Positions 20,496 to 29,089 of a stretch of 64,000 nucleotides of DNA are shown here, piece by piece. Both the position numbers and the translations under genes were made by a program. Source of the stretch: an uncultured Roseivirgaceae bacterium (GTDB lineage Bacteria > Bacteroidota > Bacteroidia > Cytophagales > Cyclobacteriaceae). The stretch covers positions 8,662 through 72,661 of the forward strand of contig CAZKBK010000009.1 in the NCBI GenBank assembly GCA_964551035.1, given 5' to 3'. Below the pieces are notes generated by a model. That model made no database searches. It worked only from the letters and a program-made list of their open reading frames with translations, and was not told the DNA's origin. How positions within the stretch are numbered: the first letter of the stretch is position 1; each line of letters begins with the position of its first letter.

Positions 20496-20538
20496 CCCTG
20501 TCGAAGGGTGGCCGTTCGGCATGTGGAAAAAGAAGGCG

Positions 20539-21159
20539 TCACCATCGCATGATGGCCAGCGCCTTCTCTCTAAACTTCTTCTTTTCCTGCCACTCTCCCG
20601 TCATCGTGATGAGTCGGCCCACCGTCAGGTTCAAAAGTTCGGTTACGAACCCGGCGCCCTGTTGTTTCAGCAGCGCTTCCACGCGCGTGTGATGCTTCAC
20701 CATGAAAGCGCCGGCAAGCTGTTGCGCCGACGCGTCGGCGGATTGAAAGAACGAAAGGTTCGTCATTTGAGCACCGAAGAGGTCGTTCAGTTGGGCAAGC
20801 TTGTTTGGCTCGATACTGTGGGAATTGCCCGATTGTACGATCATCCTGAAGCCGGTGTCATTCACATTAAATGAAGAGTGCTCAAAAAAGTACACGGTCA
20901 GCGTATCGATGCCCGTATAATTTGCGGACATGAGCTTGTCCCGGAGCAGGATGAGGCGGTCTATCGCCACCGAGTCATAGAAGATCTCCTCGTCCAGAAT
21001 TTTAAGGTTCTCCTGCAAGTCGCGCTTCATGACCTTTAGATAGGACTGAATCATGGCGTCCGTCTTGGACCTTTCTCGGTAATCGTCAACGGAAATAGCG
21101 ATCAATACGCCAAGGACGATGAGCGACAGCTCGACGAGGTAGTCCTTTACCTTTTTCAT
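20539..21159 (-). CDS. Hypothetical single-pass membrane protein
   Basis: MKKVKDYLVELSLIVLGVLIAISVDDYRERSK is an N-terminal TM anchor, followed by a helical domain. No family recognised. Confidence 0.55.
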   Translation of the reverse strand: MKKVKDYLVELSLIVLGVLIAISVDDYRERSKTDAMIQSYLKVMKRDLQENLKILDEEIFYDSVAIDRLILLRDKLMSANYTGIDTLTVYFFEHSSFNVNDTGFRMIVQSGNSHSIEPNKLAQLNDLFGAQMTNLSFFQSADASAQQLAGAFMVKHHTRVEALLKQQGAGFVTELLNLTVGRLITMTGEWQEKKKFREKALAIMRW

Positions 21160-21271
21160 GTCGTGTGGGATTTAATAGGAAAAGATAAGGCATTTACCGG
21201 TCGGATTCAAAGCCCCGGTCGCGGGGATATGATAAAGATGCGAAGACCATACGATACTTTCCCCAGACCTG

Positions 21272-21841
21272 TTACTTCTCCCTGGCAAGGCCCGTTTGCG
21301 GTGATAACGTCGCATTTACCTCGACCCGCACTTTACCGGCTGTCATTTCCTTTCCGAGTATTTGCGGTGTCTCTATTCCAAAGTCCATGAGCGCCACATT
21401 GAAGACCGATTGTAACGTGATCTTATTATCCTGAACAGAGATTGTCCCCGTCTCGGTGATCTCCTTCCCTTTTCCATGGACCTTCAGCGTGCCCGTTACG
21501 GTCGCCGGATATTTGCCCGATTTGTCGTAATCAATATTTGCCTGAATTTTTCCCTTAAAACTGGCGGCGGGAAACCTTTCTCTCTCCAGGTACTTTTTAT
21601 CGGCATCCCTGCCCATCTTGCGATTGCTAAAGACGAAGTCGGCCATTTTCACGTTGAATGTCAGTTCATGCGTTGAAGTGTTCAATTCCACTCCGACGTT
21701 TTCATTTCGCGCATCCACATCGGCCACGGGCGCTTCAGCAAAAAAAGAAATCACGCCTTTTTCTGTAGCGTATAAATGTTGGGCAACCGTCCCATGTGCC
21801 GACAGCAGCAGGACAAAGAGTGGACACACACCGTATTTCAT
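21272..21841 (-). CDS. YceI-family (polyisoprenoid-binding, lipocalin-like) protein
   Basis: Start at the ATG at 21841 (MKYGVCPLFVLLLSAHGTVAQ, signal peptide). YceI-like strands are present: ISFFAEAPVADVDARNENVGVELN and ATVTGTLKVHGKGKEITETGTISV. Confidence 0.85.
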   Translation of the reverse strand: MKYGVCPLFVLLLSAHGTVAQHLYATEKGVISFFAEAPVADVDARNENVGVELNTSTHELTFNVKMADFVFSNRKMGRDADKKYLERERFPAASFKGKIQANIDYDKSGKYPATVTGTLKVHGKGKEITETGTISVQDNKITLQSVFNVALMDFGIETPQILGKEMTAGKVRVEVNATLSPQTGLAREK

Positions 21842-22022
21842 AACATCGAATCTTATTTGCCTTTCCGCAGGGCAAAAAAGAAATGCCACCGGCGCACATT
21901 TTTGCTGACCCAACGTCGTTCCGACCTGAGTGCTGTAGAAAACATTGCTCAGCGCGGCCTTTCGCTCACAAACCGGACGTTCTCTCGGGCATTGTTTTTT
22001 AATCGCGACTTGGGTTAAATCC

Positions 22023-23171
22023 ATGATCAGCAAAGGTATACGCTATATAACCCATTGGGAAGACTGGCATTGGCTTGCAAAATACCTGCTGATCGCTCCG
22101 GCCTGGCTATGGTTTTGTTTGAAAGCGCGGTCATTTTGGTTCTTTACACCTTCCAATCCCGGCATTACCTTCGGAGGTTTTACGGGAGAAACCAAACAGG
22201 AGATCTATAAGCAGTTACCCCCATCGACGTATCCCAAAAGTATCTTTATTTCTCCCGGGATGTCGTTTCCTGAAGTGCTTTCCCTTGTTGAAAGTAATCA
22301 TTTCTCGTTTCCACTAGTTGTCAAACCGGACGTCGGAATGATGGGCCTGATGTTCAGAAAGGTCGAGGCAATTGAACAACTCCGGCAATATCACTCGGTA
22401 ATGCCGGTAGACTACATTGTCCAGGACTTGATCACCTATCCTTTGGAGGTCAGTGTCTTTTATTACCGGTATCCGAACGAAGCCTGTGGCCATATCACCG
22501 GGTTCATCAAGAAAGAACACCTGGAGGTTGTCGGTGACGGCAAAAGCAGTTTGAGAATGCTCTTGCTGAAATATCCACGGGTCAGGTTCAGGCTGAAGGA
22601 AATGTTCTCGAAACATCAAGGGAAACTAAATACCATCATTCCCGAAGGAGCGCGCTTTCAACTGTCTCATGCACTGAACCTGAGCCGTGGCGGCAGGCTG
22701 GTGAGCCTGGAGCATGAAAAAGACGGGCAACTACTGAGGGTATTTGACAACCTGAGCCATTACACAAAGACGTTTTTCTACGGCCGCTACGACATAAAGT
22801 GCGCGTCCATCGACGATTTGAAGCGAGGTAAAAACTTCTCCATACTGGAGTACAATGGTTGCGGTGCCGAGCCCCACCATGTTTATCATAATGGCAATAG
22901 CCTTTTCACCGCTTGCAAGATCCTGGTAGAACATTGGAACCGGTTGTACAGGATCTCCGACTACAACCATCGCCACGGCGTTGCGCGGTGGAGACACCAG
23001 GATGGGTTCCGGTTTGCCCGGAAGGCGGCGGCGCTTCTTGGCCGGCTCCGGGAACTTGACGCCGGATTTGAGTTTAAGCCCGCAAGGGATTCTGTGTTTA
23101 CAAACGACCTGTCAGCCCCACCACTTTGCGGAACGGTGGAACTTCAAATGGATAGAGACCGATTGCCATGA
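22023..23171 (+). CDS. ATP-grasp domain protein with N-terminal membrane anchor
   Basis: Start at the ATG at 22023 (MISKGIRY...). TM segment WHWLAKYLLIAPAWLWFCLKARSFWFF. ATP-grasp-like core: FPLVVKPDVGMMGLMFRKVE, YIVQDLITYPLEVSVFYY, FSILEYNGCGAEPHH. Its stop overlaps the next start (ATGA at 23168). Confidence 0.7.
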   Translation: MISKGIRYITHWEDWHWLAKYLLIAPAWLWFCLKARSFWFFTPSNPGITFGGFTGETKQEIYKQLPPSTYPKSIFISPGMSFPEVLSLVESNHFSFPLVVKPDVGMMGLMFRKVEAIEQLRQYHSVMPVDYIVQDLITYPLEVSVFYYRYPNEACGHITGFIKKEHLEVVGDGKSSLRMLLLKYPRVRFRLKEMFSKHQGKLNTIIPEGARFQLSHALNLSRGGRLVSLEHEKDGQLLRVFDNLSHYTKTFFYGRYDIKCASIDDLKRGKNFSILEYNGCGAEPHHVYHNGNSLFTACKILVEHWNRLYRISDYNHRHGVARWRHQDGFRFARKAAALLGRLRELDAGFEFKPARDSVFTNDLSAPPLCGTVELQMDRDRLP

Positions 23172-23860
23172 ACGATCACGAAACCCGTTCCATCATTGAA
23201 GAATACCTGGATTTCATCAGGGTCAGCGCTTTTCCCTGCATCGCTGCCAAGGCGGCGTTGTCGAAGGACCAAATTGAGACCCTCGTGGTTGGACACCTGG
23301 CTTGCCCGAAAGACGACGCGGAGATCCTCGACTTTTTATACCGGTTTGTGGACCGTTACCGGGATGCCCGGGAACGATACCACAGTGCGGTGATCATTTT
23401 CAAAGGACCGGAAAATTGTTCCGAGAAAACCTTCGACGACCTGTTGTGGAAAAGGCTCCAGTCTATTTCAGACCTCGATGCTTCAGCGCATGACTGGGAT
23501 CCACGTGTGGGCAAAGAGGCGATGTCACCGGATTTCAGTTTCAGCATCAAAGGAGAAGCGTTCTATATTATCGGCCTTCATGCCAACAGCAGCCGGAAGG
23601 CAAGGCGTTTCAGGTTCCCTGCACTGGTGTTCAATCCCCATGAACAATTCGAAGCCCTTCGGGCGTCTGACAAATATTCCGCCATGAAAGAGGCGGTGAG
23701 AAAGAGAGACAAGATATTCTCCGGCTCGGTAAATCCGATGCTGGCAGATTTCGGAGAATCATCGGAAGTACTTCAATATAGCGGCCGCCGATATGACAAC
23801 ACCTGGACATGCCCCTTCATCGCCAAGCATGAGGACGCCAAACATCATTCCGGCTCGTAG
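23168..23860 (+). CDS. YqcI/YcgG-family protein (family of heme-dependent N-hydroxylases)
   Basis: Family hallmarks as I recall them: FPCIAAKAAL near the N-terminus and FSFSIKGEAFYIIGLHANSSRKARRFRFPALVFNPHEQFEALR. Confidence 0.8.
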   Translation: MNDHETRSIIEEYLDFIRVSAFPCIAAKAALSKDQIETLVVGHLACPKDDAEILDFLYRFVDRYRDARERYHSAVIIFKGPENCSEKTFDDLLWKRLQSISDLDASAHDWDPRVGKEAMSPDFSFSIKGEAFYIIGLHANSSRKARRFRFPALVFNPHEQFEALRASDKYSAMKEAVRKRDKIFSGSVNPMLADFGESSEVLQYSGRRYDNTWTCPFIAKHEDAKHHSGS

Positions 23861-24422
23861 TGGCGTTGCCTTTGTACTCAAAAAAGGACAGCACCTCAGG
23901 GTAGAAGACCTGCAGGGCGAGCAGGTCAGCGATTTTGTTTGCTATAACCTCAGCGACACCGCCGAATACCTTTCCTCAGGTCGAACAATCGACTATGCCG
24001 ATACCATTTTTCTCACCCGTGGTCATAGCTTCTACTCAAACCGCAGCAACGTGATGTTCCGGATGGAAGAAGATACCGTGGGCCGACACGACTTTTTGCT
24101 GACGCCGTGCAGCGAAGACACGTTCCGGATCATCTATGGCCACGAGCACCCCCACCGCGGTTGCTTCGGAAATCTTTTGGCCGCGCTTGCCCCCTACGGA
24201 ATTAGGGGTGACAACATTCCCGTATGCTTCAACATTTTCATGCACGTCGATGTTGATGGACAAACAGGAAGGATAAACGTCCTGCCGCCGAAGAGCAAGG
24301 CGGGTGATTATGTCGTGATCGAAGCAACGATGGATCTCCTGGTGGGAATGACCGCATGCTCGGCGGAAAAATCCAATAATTTTGCGTTCAAGCCCATCGG
24401 CTATACCATTGAGGGGGAATGA
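23829..24422 (+). CDS. DUF1989 / urea-carboxylase-associated-family protein
   Basis: ARSGVAFVLKKGQHLRVEDLQGEQVSDFVCYN followed by LLTPCSEDTFRIIYG...HRGCFGNL, typical of DUF1989. The start is uncertain: ATG 23829 overlaps the upstream gene by 32 nt, and the ORF opens at 23793. Confidence 0.75.
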   Translation: MRTPNIIPARSGVAFVLKKGQHLRVEDLQGEQVSDFVCYNLSDTAEYLSSGRTIDYADTIFLTRGHSFYSNRSNVMFRMEEDTVGRHDFLLTPCSEDTFRIIYGHEHPHRGCFGNLLAALAPYGIRGDNIPVCFNIFMHVDVDGQTGRINVLPPKSKAGDYVVIEATMDLLVGMTACSAEKSNNFAFKPIGYTIEGE

Positions 24423-25120
24423 TCGGTTTCCTACCGCAATGGCGATCGTCGGCCAGGCCCGGGATATGCCTTTCCGCTACCGGATTCCTGATCAGTTTTT
24501 TAGCTTCGTTGCCTCCGGGGATGACCAATATGGTCACCATCCGGCTTGCCCTCGGCGGTGACTATAGGGCGGCGTGCTGGTTCGTCCTGGGTATTATGGT
24601 TGCCGAAGTCATTTATGCGAAAGTCTCCTCGGCGCTGGTGAAACAAATGTTCAGGTTTGCGTTGATCGTAAGGATCCTTCAATGGATCGTGCTGGCAATC
24701 TTAGTCGTCATGGCAACCCTGTCACTCCTTGCGTCAGCGAAGGGCTCAGTCCAGCGCCATAGCGACGTCATCAGCGGCGACCTGTCTCCATTTGTTCTTG
24801 GCTTTCTGCTTATGGCCATCAACCCGGTACAAATTCCGTTTTGGATCGGCTGGGCAACAATATTATCGGAAAAGAGAATATTCGACTTCAGTAGAAATGG
24901 TCAATTGGGTTATCTGACCGGCGTTGCATTGGGATCGTTGTTGGCCAGCGCAATATTTATCGCGAGTGGTCAGTTCCTATCCTCCGTTCTATCCATGAAC
25001 GAACGTCTGCTGCATCTTATTTTTGGATGCGTGTTTGTGGTCATGTCGCTGATGCAGGCGCGCAAGTTGTTTCGAGGCGGAAGGCGGGTCTTAAAACGTG
25101 AAGGCAATGTAAAAACTTAA
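24419..25120 (+). CDS. LysE/RhtB-family amino-acid (derivative) exporter
   Basis: 233 aa with six hydrophobic helices and a LysE-like N-terminus (FLASLPPGMTNMVTIRLAL). Its start overlaps the upstream stop (ATGA at 24419). Confidence 0.8.
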   Translation: MIGFLPQWRSSARPGICLSATGFLISFLASLPPGMTNMVTIRLALGGDYRAACWFVLGIMVAEVIYAKVSSALVKQMFRFALIVRILQWIVLAILVVMATLSLLASAKGSVQRHSDVISGDLSPFVLGFLLMAINPVQIPFWIGWATILSEKRIFDFSRNGQLGYLTGVALGSLLASAIFIASGQFLSSVLSMNERLLHLIFGCVFVVMSLMQARKLFRGGRRVLKREGNVKT

Positions 25121-25138
25121 TTGAGGGGTCGGGCGGTC

Positions 25139-25235
25139 AGTTTGAAGTTTGGCGTTTGGCGTTTTTGGGGACTATATTGAAGCCGGGCTCGCCGTCAACT
25201 CCAAACTAAAAACTCCAAACTCGCAACTCGCAACC
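25139..25235. repeat. Intergenic element with two complementary heptamer-repeat arms flanking a GC-rich core
   Basis: Left arm TTTGAAG-TTTGGCG-TTTGGCG-TTTTTGG. Right arm CCAAACT-AAAAACT-CCAAACT-CGCAACT-CGCAACC, roughly the reverse complement of the left arm. It ends 2 nt before the ATG at 25238. Confidence 0.6.
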
Positions 25236-25237
25236 CC

Positions 25238-26050
25238 ATGCTGATCAACCAGCAATCTCTCGACCACTGGATGGACCACTTTTACGGCTACGGCTCGTGG
25301 GACGCCGCCATCTGGTTCATCGCCTACGAAGAGGCTGGCGGTGACCTGCCTGAGGAAGTGGCTGAAAGGCTAGACTTTTTCAACAACGCGCATCCCGATT
25401 CCACGCAACCCACACTCTGCGACATACGCGCGCTCTACCGTCATGTTCGTTTCAGGGCGGAGGGTCCCCGATCGGCAAAGTTCGACACACTCCACGATTA
25501 TCGGTTCGGCGAGAACGCAATCCTGCACGGCATCTGGAAGAACCTCATCGCTTTCGGTCACGGCTTCCGCAATGAAGACCTTCCCGACCTGCTCACCTAT
25601 CAAAAAAGCACGTTCGCATCCGGATCGGCAAAGCGGGAGGCCTTGATCCGGTTGTATCCGCTTCCCAGTCCTCACGCCCATGCCTGGTACTACAGTTGGC
25701 TCGACCTGCCCCGGTCGCCTTTTCTCAAGAGCCGCACCGCATACGAGGAACATGCCTACGCCCGGCGCGTGGGAAGTATCCTTTCGCAAATCGCCGCGCA
25801 CCGGCCCCGCCTGGTGCTCATGTACGGCATGAGCGACATCAACCAGTTAAAAGCGTCCGTGCAATCGCAGTTTCCCGGAACACGATTCCAAACCGTAAAG
25901 TCCATCAAACACCGGATTCCGCAGCATCATCGCGCGACACTTGGCACCACCACGGTGCTCATCACCACACAGACTCCCGCCCTGCGGCACAACCGGATCG
26001 AGACCGGATTCGATTGGCAGGAATTAGGAAAGACGGTGATTCCGGGATAG
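25238..26050 (+). CDS. Hypothetical protein (conserved-looking, alpha/beta)
   Basis: 270-aa ORF with normal composition. I cannot recognise a family with any confidence. Confidence 0.6.
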   Translation: MLINQQSLDHWMDHFYGYGSWDAAIWFIAYEEAGGDLPEEVAERLDFFNNAHPDSTQPTLCDIRALYRHVRFRAEGPRSAKFDTLHDYRFGENAILHGIWKNLIAFGHGFRNEDLPDLLTYQKSTFASGSAKREALIRLYPLPSPHAHAWYYSWLDLPRSPFLKSRTAYEEHAYARRVGSILSQIAAHRPRLVLMYGMSDINQLKASVQSQFPGTRFQTVKSIKHRIPQHHRATLGTTTVLITTQTPALRHNRIETGFDWQELGKTVIPG

Positions 26051-26208
26051 CCCCGCGTGACTCCTTTTGACGTTAAACCCAACTCCCGCCGCGCGGGCAA
26101 GAGTGGGCTTGCCGCTGTTATCCCCTCTTTTTTAAAAAAAATATTTCCCCGAACCGTCAGCACCCTTTGGAAATCTCAAATCTAATCCCCACTATTGCAC
26201 TGTATTAG

Positions 26209-26232
26209 TTAAGTAATACAGTAAATCAGTTA
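26209..26232. promoter_or_regulatory. Perfect palindrome ACTGTATTA-gttaag-TAATACAGT; candidate operator of the operon-encoded GntR/YtrA regulator
   Basis: The 9-6-9 perfect inverted repeat ends 3 nt upstream of the ATG at 26235. GntR-family operators commonly contain GT...AC palindromes, and a YtrA-type GntR gene is third in the operon. Confidence 0.5.
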
Positions 26233-26234
26233 AG

Positions 26235-27065
26235 ATGTTAATTATCAAGAACTTAAAATTCGCCTATTCCAAAAAACAGCCGCCGTTGTTCCAGAACCTG
26301 GATTGCGACCTTCATTCCGGCCGCATCGTGGGGCTTTTGGGAAAGAACGGTGCGGGCAAAACAACCCTGTTGAAGCTCATGATCGGGCTGCTCCGCCCCA
26401 GCGGCGGCATTGTACGCCTGATGGACCATGAACCGGCGGCGCGGCAACCTTCCCTGCTTCGGGACATCTATTTTCTGCCGGAGGAATTTCACCAGCCATC
26501 CGTTTCGATCAATAAATATGTAAAAGCGAATTCCGGATTCTATCCCCGGTTTGATGAGCCGCTGCTCCGGCGGCTGATCGATGACTTCGAGTTGCCGGAG
26601 GACAAGCGTCTGAACCAGCTTTCCTATGGACAGAAAAAGAAGTTCCTGATCTCGTTTGCCCTGTCGACCAGGTGCAGGCTTTTGGTTTTGGATGAGCCCA
26701 CCAACGGTCTGGATATACCCTCAAAATCCATTTTCAGGAAGGTGATGGCGGGCTCGCTCGACGAAGATCAGCTCGTCATCATCTCCACGCACCAGGTTCG
26801 CGATGTCGAGAACCTTATCGACAGGGTGGTCATGCTGGAGAAAGGCAGGTTCATCATGCAAAAGGACATCTTCGACATTTCGTCTAAACTCCACTTTGCC
26901 ACCGCGGCTTCTGCCGATGGCGAAAACGTTCTGTACCATGAACTGGTACCGGGTGGCTACAAGGTGATCACGCCACGAACGGAAGGCAGCTCTTCCGTCG
27001 ACATCGAGTTGTTGTTCAACGCTATTTCCAACGGTTCCGAAAAAATGAAAGAATATGTTAAATAA
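26235..27065 (+). CDS. ABC transporter ATP-binding protein
   Basis: Walker A GLLGKNGAGKTT, signature LSYGQKKK, Walker B LLVLDEPTNGLD, H-loop ISTHQV. Confidence 0.9.
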   Translation: MLIIKNLKFAYSKKQPPLFQNLDCDLHSGRIVGLLGKNGAGKTTLLKLMIGLLRPSGGIVRLMDHEPAARQPSLLRDIYFLPEEFHQPSVSINKYVKANSGFYPRFDEPLLRRLIDDFELPEDKRLNQLSYGQKKKFLISFALSTRCRLLVLDEPTNGLDIPSKSIFRKVMAGSLDEDQLVIISTHQVRDVENLIDRVVMLEKGRFIMQKDIFDISSKLHFATAASADGENVLYHELVPGGYKVITPRTEGSSSVDIELLFNAISNGSEKMKEYVK

Positions 27066-27840
27066 TATTTTTAGCGGGAAACGGTTTCTACTGCTCTTCC
27101 GGCAACATTTCATCCACAATACGCAGCTTTTGTTACTGTCGTCGGTGGCTTATGTCGGCGTGATCTTCATTGTCCTCTCTTTCGTTCAAATTGGCGAGGG
27201 CTTTCGACCTCACGACGTGGAAAACTTTCAGGGTTTCCTGATCGGCTTCGTTTCGGTCTTCGGAATTATTTATGCCGGTCACTCCTTCCCTGCATTGCGG
27301 TCCAAGGAAAGCACAATAAGTTACCTGATGGTCCCGGCGTCGGTGACGGAGAAGTTTTTATTTGAGTTTATCAGCCGGATCGTCATCGTCATTCTGATAC
27401 TGCCCCTTTTGTACTGGGCAACGTTCCACTTGCAGGGCTACTTCTTCGCCATCTTCGCCAGTGAAACGTTTCACCCCATTAATCTTCAGTATTTGGTGAA
27501 GATCGAAGTGGCGGACAAATACAGATTTCTGGTCTATACCGTGACAACAGCCGGGGTGATGCTGGCCTTCGTGCTTGCCTTCACCGGCGCGGCCATGTTC
27601 GGCAAACAGCCGCTGGTAAAATCGCTTTTTGCCGTAGCGGTGATCGTCGCGTTCTATTTCGGATACGGCTACATCGTACTCGAACACCTCGGCCTGGGAC
27701 GGTACGTTGCGCCCGAACAGATGTACCTGCTTCCGATGACTGATCAGCGCGCTTTTCAGTTTGCGATTTTCGCCGTTATAACAACGATAATCATCATGCT
27801 CTTCGTGGCATTCAGGAAGTTAAAAGAGCGGGAGGTGTAA
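27055..27840 (+). CDS. Multi-pass membrane protein, probable permease partner of the upstream ABC ATPase
   Basis: 261 aa with ~6 TM helices. It overlaps the ATPase gene by 11 nt. Confidence 0.65.
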   Translation: MLNNIFSGKRFLLLFRQHFIHNTQLLLLSSVAYVGVIFIVLSFVQIGEGFRPHDVENFQGFLIGFVSVFGIIYAGHSFPALRSKESTISYLMVPASVTEKFLFEFISRIVIVILILPLLYWATFHLQGYFFAIFASETFHPINLQYLVKIEVADKYRFLVYTVTTAGVMLAFVLAFTGAAMFGKQPLVKSLFAVAVIVAFYFGYGYIVLEHLGLGRYVAPEQMYLLPMTDQRAFQFAIFAVITTIIIMLFVAFRKLKEREV

Positions 27841-27841
27841 T

Positions 27842-28198
27842 ATGCAGTTTGAGAATGGCAAAAGCATTTTTCTGCAGATCGCGGACACCATTACCGAAAA
27901 GGTAGTGAATGGCGAATTCCCGGCCGGTGAGAAGATACCATCCGTGCGGGAACTGGCGGCGGAAATGGGCGTGAATCCCAATACCGTCATGCGAACCTAT
28001 AGTGAACTACAAGCTATGAACATCATCGAAAATCAGAGAGGGATCGGATACTTCGTAAGTCCGGAAGCCCAGGGCATAATCCTCAAAGGGAAGAAGGAAG
28101 CGTTCTTCAACAGGGTATTGCCGGAATTTCTCAGGCAGGCGGCATTGCTGGGTATTACCGCCGATGAATTGAAAAAACACTTGGAAACACTGAACTGA
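27842..28198 (+). CDS. GntR-family transcriptional regulator, YtrA subfamily (short)
   Basis: 118 aa with a winged HTH: IPSVRELAAEMGVNPNTVMRTYSELQAMNIIENQRGIGYFV. The short C-terminal helical tail is typical of YtrA. Confidence 0.9.
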   Translation: MQFENGKSIFLQIADTITEKVVNGEFPAGEKIPSVRELAAEMGVNPNTVMRTYSELQAMNIIENQRGIGYFVSPEAQGIILKGKKEAFFNRVLPEFLRQAALLGITADELKKHLETLN

Positions 28199-28203
28199 AC
28201 AAC

Positions 28204-28884
28204 ATGAAGCTAAGCAATAAAATACTGATCGGGTTCTTCGGGTTCGTGTTCCTCTATCTCACCGCGGTTTTCGCGGAGGTCAGGTTCAGGGGAACGCTCA
28301 CCGTTATCGACGATGCCAACAGCGTCGCGGAAACCGTGGATATTTCCGGGGTCACGTACCTTGTTTTACAAGACCTGGATCACCACATCAACATTATCGG
28401 GTCGGAGGCCCCTCGCCTGGAAGTGCGCAGCCGTTCGGGGGACCTTCTGCAAAGATTGAACTATGACATTTCAGGCGACACGCTCAGCTTGTCAGACCTT
28501 CACGATGAAGACATCAGGTCCCTCAGGATCTCGGTTTTCGTATCGAAGCGCTTAAAGGGCGTAACCGTAAACGCCGCCGCTGCTACGATCGAGGGCCTGG
28601 CTCAGGATCGCCTGGACCTTTCACAAAATGCCGGACGGATCTACATGTCTGGAAACACGATAGGAACGATTCACCTGGAAGCCTCAGCCGAATCGTATCT
28701 GGACTATTCCGCCCATGGGCTGGACACGCTGGTGCTGTCGGTCGACGATTCCCAGGTGATGGTCCATTCCACCGTTACCGTGCTGAAAGGTTCAATGAAA
28801 AACAACGCTTTCCTGGGCCTGGACGATGTCCGTGAGATCCAATTCAAAACGGACGAGAGCAGCGCGCTTAGCCTGTACCGCTAA
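28204..28884 (+). CDS. Membrane-anchored beta-helix-like protein (DUF2807/GIN-domain-like)
   Basis: N-terminal anchor (ILIGFFGFVFLYLTAVFA), then repetitive beta-strand segments. Such proteins commonly follow YtrA-type ABC operons. The family call is tentative. Confidence 0.5.
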   Translation: MKLSNKILIGFFGFVFLYLTAVFAEVRFRGTLTVIDDANSVAETVDISGVTYLVLQDLDHHINIIGSEAPRLEVRSRSGDLLQRLNYDISGDTLSLSDLHDEDIRSLRISVFVSKRLKGVTVNAAAATIEGLAQDRLDLSQNAGRIYMSGNTIGTIHLEASAESYLDYSAHGLDTLVLSVDDSQVMVHSTVTVLKGSMKNNAFLGLDDVREIQFKTDESSALSLYR

Positions 28885-29089
28885 AAACCATTTGTTGTCC
28901 TGTAACAAAACAAACCCCGAAACCTACTTAGTAGCAACTGCATGCCATGGCGACCGTCCATCAATCCTATCATGAAAGACTTCAGGTACCCCTCCCCCGC
29001 GCCCGCAAAAACCTTGGTGTTACTTTGCAATTAAAAGCACTTTTAAATACATTGCCGACGAAGCGGAAGGCGACAAATTTCACCACACT

